Source: Chloroflexota bacterium (GTDB lineage Bacteria; Chloroflexota; UBA11872; UBA12225). Taken from it: DNA of 64,000 bases. Within the stretch, counting starts at the first letter, position 1, and each line of letters starts with the position of its first letter. The notes beneath the pieces are model-generated. The model saw only the letters and a program-made list of their open reading frames with translations, was not told the DNA's origin and ran no database searches. Of this stretch, positions 1 to 9,861 are shown piece after piece. The DNA is taken from positions 17,423 to 81,422 of the forward strand of contig SHXX01000002.1 in NCBI GenBank assembly GCA_009693165.1, written 5' to 3'. The position numbers and the translations under genes are program-made.

Positions 1-978
1 CGCGGGATCGGCCTTGCTTGGCTTTCGCACGAGCCGTTCACCAGCCGTGAGCGCAAGCTGGATTGGCAGTCGCATGTCCGGCCACCCGAGTTGGGCCTTC
101 AGTGACCCGTCCACAAACTCGACCAAGCTATGGACGATGCTTGTCGGATGGACGACGATGTCGATGCGATCGAACGGCACGCCGAACAGCCAATGGGCTT
201 CGATTGCCTCGAGACCCTTGTTCATCAGTGTCGCCGAATCGATCGTGATCTTGGGACCCATTTGCCAGGTGGGATGCCTCAGCGCATCCGCCACGCCAAT
301 CGTCCTGAGCATCTGGGTGTCCCACTCCCGAAAGGGACCTCCAGACGCCGTGAGGACGAGCCGTCGCACACCGTCCATGACCTCACCGAAGAGGCACTGC
401 CAGATCGCACTGTGCTCACTGTCTACTGGAAAGAGCCTCCCACCAGTGCGTCGAACCGACTCGACCACCAGCGGCCCAGCGATTACAAGGCTCTCCTTGT
501 TTGCAAGTGCGACATCCTTGCCCGCGTCAAGCGCCGCGAGGGTTGCTGAAAGCGCACCCCGTCCGCTTGTAGCTGCCAGAACGACGTCAGCCTCCGGCAT
601 CGTCGCAACGGATGCCAGTTCATGATTGCCCGCAAGAATCGTGAAGCCATCCCCGCCAATCGCGAGTGCAACCTCATCGCGCAGTGCAGTCGGATCGGTC
701 GGCGATCCGTCACCACCAGTTGCGCACACAACGCGGGGCCGCACTTGAAGCGCCTGATAGGCAAGGAGGGGGATGTTCCGACCGGCAGCCAAGGCCACAA
801 CCTCGAACACGTCCGGGTGATCAGCCATCAAGTCCAGTGCCTGCCTGCCAACACTCCCAGTTGACCCCAGGACGGCGACACGGATCCTTCCAGTGCGTCC
901 CCGGCGCGGAACGAACGGCATCAATGGCTCGTGCGATAGGAGGGCGCGCCCGAGATGGGCACCATCCACTGTGTTCAT
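1..978 (-). CDS. dxr: 1-deoxy-D-xylulose 5-phosphate reductoisomerase, C-terminal end cut by window edge
   Basis: Not in the ORF track because there is no stop inside the window. My translation of the minus strand from ATG at 978 (alternative ATG at 921) reads RIRVAVLGSTGSVGRQALD ... LANKESLVIAGP ... FPVDSEHSAIWQCL ... LTASGGPFR ... RHPTWQMGPKITIDSATLMNKGLEAIEAHWLF ... HPTSIVHSLVEFVDGS. These are hallmark Dxr motifs. The frame stays open to base 1. The gene lies directly downstream of cdsA. Confidence 0.9.
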   Translation of the reverse strand, partial: MNTVDGAHLGRALLSHEPLMPFVPRRGRTGRIRVAVLGSTGSVGRQALDLMADHPDVFEVVALAAGRNIPLLAYQALQVRPRVVCATGGDGSPTDPTALRDEVALAIGGDGFTILAGNHELASVATMPEADVVLAATSGRGALSATLAALDAGKDVALANKESLVIAGPLVVESVRRTGGRLFPVDSEHSAIWQCLFGEVMDGVRRLVLTASGGPFREWDTQMLRTIGVADALRHPTWQMGPKITIDSATLMNKGLEAIEAHWLFGVPFDRIDIVVHPTSIVHSLVEFVDGSLKAQLGWPDMRLPIQLALTAGERLVRKPSKADPA

Positions 979-1021
979 CTCCATCGAACCTCATCCACCC
1001 GGCAACACCGCGGCATCATCA

Positions 1022-2086
1022 TCACGCGGTTCCAAGCAGCGCGCCGGCGTAGTAGTACACAAATGGTGCGGTGAACAGCACCGAATCGATCCGGTCGAAC
1101 ATCCCACCGTGTCCTGGGAAAAATCCGCTCGCGTCCTTTGCGCCAGCGTCGCGCTTTACCATTGACTGGGCAAGGTCCCCGAGCACCGCAGCAATCGCTA
1201 TGCCGATAGCCATGGGAACAACGTGGATCATCGGGATTGGCAACGGTCGCCACCCAATCGCAGTCAAGCCAGGCACGTACTCAGCGAGGTCGACTGATGC
1301 CAGCCACACAATGGCAAGGGTCAACAGGAGCCCCCCGGTGGCGCCCTCCCAAGTCTTGCCCGGACTGATCCACGGCATCAACTTGGTGCGCCCGAACCGG
1401 GACCCGACGAAGTACGCACTGGTGTCACACGCCCAAGTCGCACCAAGCACAAGGAAGACCCAACCACGGCCCCCTGCAAATGCCTCACTCGGTGCATCGA
1501 GCAATCGCAACGCGCCTACACGGCCGAGCAACCATGTGACATACCATGCACCAAGTACCGTGACCGCCCACCCGGTGAGCCGGTCACGCGATTCCTCCCT
1601 ATGAAAGAGCAAAGCAACCAGAGGCGCGACCACTGTGAGCGTAAGGAACAACTCGCGCTTGCCCGCACTCGAGTTGAGGATTTCGATCACGCTCGACCGG
1701 AACGCTCCGGCATCAGCAATGTCTCCCAACGACACGAGGAGCAACTCTGCTCCCGGCGATAGCAGAAGCAGCGAACCAGCAAGAAAGAACCCCACAGGGG
1801 CAACCACAATCGCGCCGGTGCGTCGCGCAAGTCCATAGAACTCGCGCAGCGCAGCGCCAACAATGATCGCCAAAGCAAGCAGGAACCATGCCCCGCCGGC
1901 CCAGACCGCGAGGAGCACCGGAGGCGCAGCCAGGAAAGCGGTCAGCGTTCGCACCAGCACCACCCTCCCTTGAGGTGGCGTTGGGGCGGGCGCAAAACTC
2001 GAGACCGGCGCTACACTCGACAACGAGCCCCGTGGGGTCTTCACACCTGCCTTCTTGACGGGAGACCGGCCAGGAGCCACAAGCAT
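1022..2086 (-). CDS. cdsA: phosphatidate cytidylyltransferase (CDP-diglyceride synthase)
   Basis: 354-aa multi-TM ORF. C-terminal signature GKTWEGATGG ... SMVKRDAGAKDASGFFPGHGGMFDRIDS. The ATG at 2086 abuts the frr stop (2087-2089). The N-terminal ~60 aa are Ala/Pro-rich, so the true start may be internal. Confidence 0.85.
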   Translation of the reverse strand: MLVAPGRSPVKKAGVKTPRGSLSSVAPVSSFAPAPTPPQGRVVLVRTLTAFLAAPPVLLAVWAGGAWFLLALAIIVGAALREFYGLARRTGAIVVAPVGFFLAGSLLLLSPGAELLLVSLGDIADAGAFRSSVIEILNSSAGKRELFLTLTVVAPLVALLFHREESRDRLTGWAVTVLGAWYVTWLLGRVGALRLLDAPSEAFAGGRGWVFLVLGATWACDTSAYFVGSRFGRTKLMPWISPGKTWEGATGGLLLTLAIVWLASVDLAEYVPGLTAIGWRPLPIPMIHVVPMAIGIAIAAVLGDLAQSMVKRDAGAKDASGFFPGHGGMFDRIDSVLFTAPFVYYYAGALLGTA

Positions 2087-2677
2087 CTATACCTCGAGGA
2101 CTTCGGCCTCTTTGCGCTGGCCCAACTTCTCTGCCTCCGCGACGAAACGATCGGTCAGCTTCTGCATGCGGCCCTCGGCGGACCGGATGTCATCATCGGT
2201 GGCCTTGTTGTCCTTTTTCAAGGCGCGTCCATGGTCAATCACGTCACGACGCACATTTCGGATGGCGACACGCGCCTCTTCAACTCGCCGACCGACCACT
2301 TTGACCAATTCCTTGCGACGGTCTTGAGTCAACTGCGGAAGATTGATCCGCACGATCTGGCCGTCGTTGTTCGGCGTCAAGCCAAGCTCGCTCTTGAGGA
2401 TTGCCTTCTCAATCGCGCTGATCGCGCCACGATCCCACGGCTGGATCGCGATCACCCTAGCTTCAGGCACACTGATGTTCGCCATCTGGCTCAATGGCAT
2501 CTCGGATCCGTAATACTCGACAACAATCCGTTCCACCAACCCGGCACTCGCCCGTCCGGTCCGGATCGCAGACAAGTCGTGCTGAAGCGAATCGATCGCC
2601 TTGCCCATCTTGCCTTCGCCGCTGCTGATTGCTTGGCCTACAGAGTCCTGGCTCATCTCTTCGCTATCCCGTTGCAT
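2087..2677 (-). CDS. frr: ribosome recycling factor
   Basis: ORF contains LSAIRTGRASAGLVERIVVEYYGSEMPL ... LPQLTQDRRKELVK, typical of Frr. The internal ATG at 2656 (MSQDS...) gives a more canonical length. Confidence 0.92.
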   Translation of the reverse strand: MQRDSEEMSQDSVGQAISSGEGKMGKAIDSLQHDLSAIRTGRASAGLVERIVVEYYGSEMPLSQMANISVPEARVIAIQPWDRGAISAIEKAILKSELGLTPNNDGQIVRINLPQLTQDRRKELVKVVGRRVEEARVAIRNVRRDVIDHGRALKKDNKATDDDIRSAEGRMQKLTDRFVAEAEKLGQRKEAEVLEV

Positions 2678-2739
2678 CTTACCCGCGGTGCGGGAACCGA
2701 GAAAGACAGACTACGCCACTGGTGATCCCTTGATCCTGA

Positions 2740-3618
<879 letters not shown>

Positions 3619-3699
3619 TCAATGACAGGGCCACCAGACACACCGAGAGGATCAAGGCAATTGCTGAACGTGGCGAGGAGGCAAGCCTTGTTGAAGCAC

Positions 3700-4224
3700 C
3701 TACCGGCCGAGTTCGTACCTCTGGAAGCGACGAACCCTGATGTTCTCTCCAGACTTGGCGATAGTCTCAGCGATCATCTGGCCAATCGTCCGCGAAGAAT
3801 CGCGAATGGAAACTTGGGCAAGTAGGGACGCCTGCCTCACATCCTCGGCAGTCAAGCCGTCGCGGGCAATCTCGTCTTCCGGGGCAGTCTCAATCGAGAT
3901 AAACCGCGGGCTCATCGCGACAATTTGCATCGCGATGTCGCGTGCAAGCGTCTTGAATTCGTCGGTTCGGGCAACGAAGTCGGTCTCGCAATTTACCTCG
4001 ACCATCGCACCGATGCGACCGCCCCCGTGGATGTACGTCTCCACGAGGCCCTGCCCGGTCTCACGTGAAGCCTTCTTGGCTGCCGACGCGAAACCCTTTT
4101 CCTTGAGGATGGAACGAGCAACTTCCGAATTGCCACCGGCGTCCTGAAGGGCACGCTTGCAATCCATGATGCCTGCGCCGGTCTCTTCGCGCAGAGCCTT
4201 CACCATTTCGGCCGTGATTTCCAT
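3700..4224 (-). CDS. tsf: translation elongation factor Ts, short form (174 aa)
   Basis: From the ATG at 4224: MEITAEMVKALREETGAGIMDCKRALQDAGGN ... VEVNCETDFVARTDEF ... ENIRVRRFQRYELG. The 248-aa track ORF (to 4446) adds an Arg/Pro-rich extension that overlaps the rpsB 3' end and is unlikely to be real. Confidence 0.9.
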   Translation of the reverse strand: MEITAEMVKALREETGAGIMDCKRALQDAGGNSEVARSILKEKGFASAAKKASRETGQGLVETYIHGGGRIGAMVEVNCETDFVARTDEFKTLARDIAMQIVAMSPRFISIETAPEDEIARDGLTAEDVRQASLLAQVSIRDSSRTIGQMIAETIAKSGENIRVRRFQRYELGR

Positions 4225-4369
4225 GTCCGTCTCGCCTGCCTGTTCGTCAGTGCACCCAGACACAACACCACACGGTATCGGCGGGCGCCATCGTTTTGTC
4301 CAAACGGCGCGGGGCAGACCCGTTGCACGAGCCACCCCGCGAGTTCCTGAGATTGGAATGCGGATTGGC

Positions 4370-5236
4370 TTATGCCTCGTCCTTGTCCTTGCGACGCCCA
4401 CCACGACCGACATAGGCCCGGCCATCCTCGTCGACTTCGTCGACAAAGGCCAAGGTGGTCTCGCCAGAAAGGACGCGTTCGAGTTCGACCTGGCTCAAGG
4501 TCTCCTCCTCGTCCTCAACTTCCTCGGCGCCCTCTTCCTTGGCAGACGCGTCGGCGAAGCCTCGACCTTCGATCACGGCATCGGCAATCCGTCCCGCGAG
4601 CAAGCGGATGGCACGGATTGCATCGTCGTTTGCCGGGATTGGATAGTCGATCTCATCGGGATTGCAGTTGGTGTCCACGAGCGCAACAATCGGAATGCCT
4701 AGTCGGCGCGCTTCCGCGACTGCAATGTGTTCCTTGCGCGTATCGACGATGAAGAGTGCTCCAGGCTGACGACGCAGGCCCTCGATCCCACCAAGGCGGT
4801 TCTGCAAACGCTCCATCTCGTCAGTGAGCTTGGTCGCTTCCTTCTTGGTCAGGACAGCGAACTCGCCACGCTCATGACGTGCCTTGAGTTCCTGCAGGCG
4901 TCGGATCCGCATTTGCATCGTGGTCTGGTTCGTCATCATGCCACCCAGCCACCGCTGGTTCACCCAGTACTGGCCAGAACGCTTGGCAGCTTCCTCAACC
5001 GCCTCCTGGGCCTGCTTCTTCGTACCCACGAACAGGACATTGTCACCACGGCGCGCGATGTCACGGATGAAGTTGAATGCTGAGGCAAGGCAAGTGACGG
5101 TCTGCTGAAGGTCGAGGATGTGAATGCCATTCCGCTCGGTGAAGATGAACGGCTTCATCTTGGGGTTCCACCGCTTGGTCTGGTGACCGAAGTGAACGCC
5201 CGCTTCCAGCAGCAGCTTCATTGAAACGACAGCCAT
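4370..5236 (-). CDS. rpsB: 30S ribosomal protein S2 with acidic C-terminal extension
   Basis: [32 protein letters not shown] ... IHILDLQQT ... [51 protein letters not shown]. Confidence 0.95.
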   Translation of the reverse strand: MAVVSMKLLLEAGVHFGHQTKRWNPKMKPFIFTERNGIHILDLQQTVTCLASAFNFIRDIARRGDNVLFVGTKKQAQEAVEEAAKRSGQYWVNQRWLGGMMTNQTTMQMRIRRLQELKARHERGEFAVLTKKEATKLTDEMERLQNRLGGIEGLRRQPGALFIVDTRKEHIAVAEARRLGIPIVALVDTNCNPDEIDYPIPANDDAIRAIRLLAGRIADAVIEGRGFADASAKEEGAEEVEDEEETLSQVELERVLSGETTLAFVDEVDEDGRAYVGRGGRRKDKDEA

Positions 5237-5525
5237 GATTGCTCCTTGGTTCCGGTTCTCTGCAATCGCGAACCGTTCGGGGTCCGGCGATCACCGCTTC
5301 CGCCCCGTTCACCCCGTGGCGTGCACCCGGCCCGCCATTCAGGCGAACCCATGGTGACCGAACCTCCGGTCCCGGGACGTGACTACTCGAGCCGCACAAC
5401 CTGTACGGCCACCGCCGAGTATAACAATCCCCTCGTATACTCCGACGGCCGCGGGCTGGCTTCCAAGGGAAGTTGCGACGTCCGCCGACACCGTCAAAGT
5501 CCACGCCACGCCGTTTGGAGACAGC

Positions 5526-5930
5526 ATGCCAATCATCCGCTTCGAGGGTTGGAAGGTTCCGGGCAAGGAGGCGGGGACAATGTCCCAGCGCCTCACGACC
5601 TATCAGGTTGGCGCCCAGTCACTCACCAGTGGCATCAGCCGGTTCGCGCCGGGCGCGGCGGTTCCAATGCACACCCACAACTGCGAAGAGCAGGTGACGA
5701 TCGTCGAAGGGTCGGGCGTCGCCACCATTGATGGCGTCGAGCAGGTGCTCACCGCGTACGACTCCACCTACGTCCCCGCCGGTGTGCCTCACTGCTTCCG
5801 CAACGCCAGCGACAAGCCGTTCGTAATGCTTTTCGTCTATCCCTCGCCGTACGTCGAGCGTCACTTCACCGAACTCGGCACCATGGACTGGCACGGCCGT
5901 CCACCTGCCGAAGCACACGGCGACGATTGA
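5526..5930 (+). CDS. cupin domain protein
   Basis: Two-motif cupin signature: AVPMHTHNCEEQVTIVEGSG and YVPAGVPHCFRN. I take the ATG at 5526 (MPIIRFEG...). The track ORF starts at 5379 with a Pro/Thr-rich extension. Confidence 0.75.
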   Translation: MPIIRFEGWKVPGKEAGTMSQRLTTYQVGAQSLTSGISRFAPGAAVPMHTHNCEEQVTIVEGSGVATIDGVEQVLTAYDSTYVPAGVPHCFRNASDKPFVMLFVYPSPYVERHFTELGTMDWHGRPPAEAHGDD

Positions 5931-5977
5931 TCCCATTGGGGGGGAACCGCGGCCCTGATGCCCTGCCTTTTTTCAGG

Positions 5978-6382
5978 TCAAGGACGGGCGGCGGTGATGA
6001 CCGCGTACTGTTCGTTAGTCAATGGAAGAACCGAGAGCCGGGAGATCCGTACAAGCGGACTTCCGGCGAATTCGGGCACTCCCTTCAGGTGACTCAGCGA
6101 AACTGGTGGTTCAAGCCGCTTGACCGCACGCACGTCAACGACGGCCCAGCGCGGGTCGCCGGCCTCAGGATCGGGATGAGGCGCCGAAATCACCTCGGCA
6201 AGACCAACTGCCGATCGGACATCACCGCTGTGATAGATCACGACATGATCCCCGACCGCCATTGTGCGGATGTGGATTAACGCGGTCGGGTTCCGAACAC
6301 CGTCCCACCGGGTTTCGCGGTCCGCCTCCAATTGCTCATAGGAGTAGACCGACGGTTCGGTCTTGCAGAGCCAGTATTTCAT
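5978..6382 (-). CDS. EVE (PUA-like) domain protein
   Basis: From the ATG at 6382: MKYWLCKTEPSVYSYEQLEADRETRWDGVRNPTALIHIRTMAVGDHVVIYHSG. This is the typical EVE-domain N-terminus (YWL.K.EP ... WDGVRN ... GD ... YHS). The upstream 66-aa extension in the track is Arg-rich and rejected. Confidence 0.8.
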   Translation of the reverse strand: MKYWLCKTEPSVYSYEQLEADRETRWDGVRNPTALIHIRTMAVGDHVVIYHSGDVRSAVGLAEVISAPHPDPEAGDPRWAVVDVRAVKRLEPPVSLSHLKGVPEFAGSPLVRISRLSVLPLTNEQYAVITAARP

Positions 6383-6504
6383 CGACTGTCCTTTCGCGGT
6401 TGCACGGGTCCGCCGCACTGTGCCGCGCCGTTGTAGCGCGTGAGGTAACGAGTATCGTGGCAGGCCTGCCCTCTGGAGACACGCCGGTTGCACGCGGCAA
6501 GCGC

Positions 6505-7302
6505 GTGTCGGTCCTTGACATCGGCTACGTGCGCCTGGTCGATTGGATGGGTGATGACCTGTCGGTGACGAACGCCGCACGCGCTTCCTACATGAAGGAG
6601 GCGACGACGTTCCGGGCGGCGGACGAGCGCCTTATCGCATTTCTTGCCTCCCACGGTCACCACAGCCCCTTCCGGCACGCCACGGTCTCCCTGGAGATCA
6701 AGGCACCGATCATGATTGCCCGCCAATGGTTCAAGTATCGGGTCGGGGCGGCCCACACTCCAGACAGTGCCGAGTTCCTCGGGATCGAAATGCCCGCCGA
6801 CTTCGCCGAAGCACTTGGGTGGCGTGGCCAAGGGGATGACGGTGGAGATGGCAGTGGCGACCTCCTCCACGCACGGAATGAGGCGAGCCGACGCTACGTG
6901 ACACTGCCTCCCGAGTTCTACATCCCGGGACTTCCCACCACGCCCGCGTGGCGTTCGCGCCCGGAAACCAGCAAGCAAGGCTCCGGCGGACCCGTCGATG
7001 ACGTAACCGCGTCCGAAGCCACCACTCGACTTCAGTCGCTTCTCGTCCAGGCGCTTGATCACTATGACTGGGCCCTTGCCTCCGGCATCTGCGCCGAGCA
7101 GGCGCGTCTCTTCCTGCCGGCGTACGGGCTTCACACGGTCTGGAGATGGACCGCAAGCGTGCAGGCAATTACGCACTTCCTCACCCAGCGTCTTAATGAG
7201 GACGCCCAAGGTGAGATCCAAGCCTATGCACGTGCGGTCCGCGCGCTTGTCACACCACTTTTCCCCAACGCACTGAAGGCGTTGATCCCGGGAGACGCCT
7301 AG
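6505..7302 (+). CDS. thyX: FAD-dependent thymidylate synthase ThyX family, divergent signature motif
   Basis: Collinear with the Thermotoga-type ThyX as I recall it: LDIGYVRLVDWMGDDLSVTNAARASY ... HGHHSPFRHATVSLEIKAPIMIARQWF ... NEASRRYVTLPPEFYIP ... FLTQRLNEDAQGEIQAYA. The start is uncertain. GTG 6505 is chosen to avoid overlap with the EVE gene; the track ORF starts at 6262. Confidence 0.8.
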   Translation: MSVLDIGYVRLVDWMGDDLSVTNAARASYMKEATTFRAADERLIAFLASHGHHSPFRHATVSLEIKAPIMIARQWFKYRVGAAHTPDSAEFLGIEMPADFAEALGWRGQGDDGGDGSGDLLHARNEASRRYVTLPPEFYIPGLPTTPAWRSRPETSKQGSGGPVDDVTASEATTRLQSLLVQALDHYDWALASGICAEQARLFLPAYGLHTVWRWTASVQAITHFLTQRLNEDAQGEIQAYARAVRALVTPLFPNALKALIPGDA

Positions 7303-8657
7303 CGCGGACGCACCATCGCGGGTAGGAACGGTGAACGCGGGCGACGTCTCGCATGGGCGGGGACCGGCCCGCTGCGACGCAACGGCAGTTCCGACAGTCG
7401 CGCCACAAGGTCGTGCAGCGATTCAAGACTGTGCGAAGGCAGGAAATCGTCGAGGTACGGCAGAGCCGCCTGCATGCCTCGCGTCAGCGGCTTGTAGCTT
7501 GGCGAACCGAGCAATGGGTTGAGCCAGAACAACCGGAAGGACGTCCGTTGCAACCGGGCCATCTCCTTGCCGAGTTGCACCGGGTCACCCCGGTCCCACC
7601 CATCGGAAATGATCAGGACGATTGCACCACGCCCGAGGACACGACGCGCCCACTTCCGATTGAACGATGCAAGTGCCTCGCCGGTCCTCGTCCCGCCATG
7701 AAGGTCCTGGACATCCTCGTGGACCCGCGTCAGCGCATCCTCGACCCGACGGCGCTTGAGCGCGGGCGTGATCCGGGTGAGCCTGGTGGCGTATGCGAAT
7801 GTTTCCACCGTCGCACCTGTCCCGTGAGACACGGTATGGAGGAACTGCAGGAGTAGACGTGTATAGCGTTCCATGCTTCCTGAGACATCGCAAAGCAAAA
7901 CCATCGGCCTCGGACGCACCTTGAGTTCCCGGCGGGCAAACGTCAATGGTTCGCCACCCGTGGTGAGGCTTCGCCGAATGGTGCGCCGGAGATCCAAGGT
8001 GGCACCACGGGGAGCCGAGCGCATCCGGCGGGTAAGCCGCTGTGCCGACCGGGTGCGCAGGCGAGCCATCAACCGGCGCAGTACCGCAATCTCGGCATCA
8101 GTCAGGTGCGAGAAATCCCGCGTCCTCAGCGTCTCACTTGAGCTGTAGCTGGCCACCGCCGGTGGTGCGCTGCCATCGTCCGACTGCGATGCATCCGGCG
8201 GCTCGTCAAGTTCGAACACGAACGCTGCTGCCCCGGGAGTGGGCGAACGGTCGTCGTCTTCACCCTCTCCATCAGCCGCATGTTCCGCATCCGGGGCGCC
8301 GGGCACGCCCTCGCAATCCGAATCAGCCGCATCGGGTGGTGGCTCGACCGATTTCCGGCGCAGCGGCGGGAAGAAGCGTGCGAACAACCTGTCAAACGGG
8401 TCGCGTTGGTCAGGTCGGGAAAGGAGTGACGCGCGCGCCGCAAAGTACAGGTCATCGCGTCGCCCAAGGTCAATGAACCCAAGGGTTGTTGCAAGGGTCT
8501 GGACCCGTGTCGGATCTGCTGGTATCCCCGCGGCCCGCAAGGCCTGCCCGAAGCGCACAATGCGATGCAAAAACGCCCCGGCCACCTCGTTGGGCCGTTC
8601 GATTGCCTCACCGACAATGTCGGTCATCATCCGGCGTGACGCGCCAGTCCCGGTCAC
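7299..8657 (-). CDS. VWA domain protein, CoxE-like
   Basis: C-terminal von Willebrand A domain: PMVLLCDVSGSMERYTRLLLQFLH ... IVLIISDGWDRGD. There is an acidic low-complexity linker. The start codon overlaps the stop of the upstream MoxR ATPase gene by 4 nt. Confidence 0.8.
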   Translation of the reverse strand: MTGTGASRRMMTDIVGEAIERPNEVAGAFLHRIVRFGQALRAAGIPADPTRVQTLATTLGFIDLGRRDDLYFAARASLLSRPDQRDPFDRLFARFFPPLRRKSVEPPPDAADSDCEGVPGAPDAEHAADGEGEDDDRSPTPGAAAFVFELDEPPDASQSDDGSAPPAVASYSSSETLRTRDFSHLTDAEIAVLRRLMARLRTRSAQRLTRRMRSAPRGATLDLRRTIRRSLTTGGEPLTFARRELKVRPRPMVLLCDVSGSMERYTRLLLQFLHTVSHGTGATVETFAYATRLTRITPALKRRRVEDALTRVHEDVQDLHGGTRTGEALASFNRKWARRVLGRGAIVLIISDGWDRGDPVQLGKEMARLQRTSFRLFWLNPLLGSPSYKPLTRGMQAALPYLDDFLPSHSLESLHDLVARLSELPLRRSGPVPAHARRRPRSPFLPAMVRPR

Positions 8658-9676
8658 GGGCGGACATCACTGCCAGAAACCGCCTCGCCGACAAGGCGTG
8701 GATAGAGGTCACGCTGTACCCGGACCACGTCTTCCTGATGCTTCAGCAGCGTCCCAAGCGTATCCAGGACGATCGGGTTCTTGAGTTCCTCGATGCCCAG
8801 GGCAATCATCGCCGCCGTCCAGTCCAGGGTCTCCGCAACTCCCGGAACCTTCCACAGGTCTTCCTTGCGAAGTGCCTGGACAAACATTGCGATTTGCACC
8901 GAAAGCGGTTTGGGCGCATCAGGGATGCGCGCAGCGATGATCTCGAGTTCCTTCTGCACGGTCGGATACTCAATCCAGTGATAGAGACAGCGCCGCTTCA
9001 GCGCATCATGCAGTTCGCGCGTCCGGTTGGAGGTGATGATGACCATCGGAGGCACGGTCGCCTTGATCGTCCCGAGTTCCGGGATCGTGACCTGCCAGTC
9101 AGACAGCAGTTCGAGCAGGAATGCATCGAACTCGTCGTCGGCCCGGTCCAGTTCGTCGATCAGCAACACCGGAGGTATCTCCCGGGTCGCCTCGATCGCC
9201 TGGAGCAGGGGGCGCCGGACCAGGAACCGTGGGCCAAATAGGTCGTCGGCATCCATCGTGCCACCCGCACCGGCCTGCGCCTCGAGCATGCGAATGTGAA
9301 GCATCTGCCGACTGTAGTCCCACTCATAGACGGCATGGGCGATGTCCAGGCCCTCGTAGCACTGCAGACGGATCAGTGGCGCCCCCGTGATTGCGCTGAG
9401 CGCCTTGGCAATCTCGGTCTTGCCGACGCCGGCTTCCCCTTCAAGGAGCAACGGCTTCGGCAACGCCAGCGAGAGATAGAGCGCGGTCGCAAGCGAGCGG
9501 TCGGTGACGTAGCGCTGTCCTGCAAGCGCCTCGGCAACGCCGTCCACACCGTGGAGGCCATGAACCGCACGCTCACGGTGTGGAGCCTTCGCCGGGCCGT
9601 GCCCCGTTGCCAGAGGGTCCGCAGCTGGCGTGACCCCCACACCTGAATGCTTGTCGGATTGTCTTGATTCCGTCAT
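8654..9676 (-). CDS. MoxR-family AAA+ ATPase, CoxD-like
   Basis: Walker A LLLEGEAGVGKTEIAKAL, Walker B PVLLIDELDRADDEF, then ITSNRTRELHDALKRRCLYHWIEYP. I take the ATG at 9676 (MTESRQ...); the track ORF extends to 9817. Confidence 0.88.
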   Translation of the reverse strand: MTESRQSDKHSGVGVTPAADPLATGHGPAKAPHRERAVHGLHGVDGVAEALAGQRYVTDRSLATALYLSLALPKPLLLEGEAGVGKTEIAKALSAITGAPLIRLQCYEGLDIAHAVYEWDYSRQMLHIRMLEAQAGAGGTMDADDLFGPRFLVRRPLLQAIEATREIPPVLLIDELDRADDEFDAFLLELLSDWQVTIPELGTIKATVPPMVIITSNRTRELHDALKRRCLYHWIEYPTVQKELEIIAARIPDAPKPLSVQIAMFVQALRKEDLWKVPGVAETLDWTAAMIALGIEELKNPIVLDTLGTLLKHQEDVVRVQRDLYPRLVGEAVSGSDVRP

Positions 9677-9861
9677 GATGACGTAGGATACGCGAGAACA
9701 AAGGGCGACGGGCAGCGCTCTCCCTGGTGGTTTGCCGAACTCAAAGCAATGGGCTCCATGCGTGGCGTGATCGCCCGGGAGCCTCGCGCCCGGTCGGCCC
9801 TGAACCCGTACCTGCATGGAACCCGGACGACTTCTGGACCCCCCGAAGGGAGATACTCACC

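Noticed and set aside
4225-4446. 74-aa N-terminal extension of tsf overlapping the rpsB 3' end
   Set aside because: The EF-Ts N-terminal UBA-like motif (EITAEMVKALREETGAG) starts right at the ATG at 4224. The extension is Arg/Pro-rich.
5237-5525. Possible structured rpsB leader or S2 autoregulatory element, with paired TATA-like boxes (TATAAC and TATACT near 5420-5445)
   Set aside because: There are only short, imperfect stems (for example CGGTTC ... GAACCG near 5254-5276). I cannot match them to any known ribosomal-protein leader. The region is left as an unannotated divergent promoter region.
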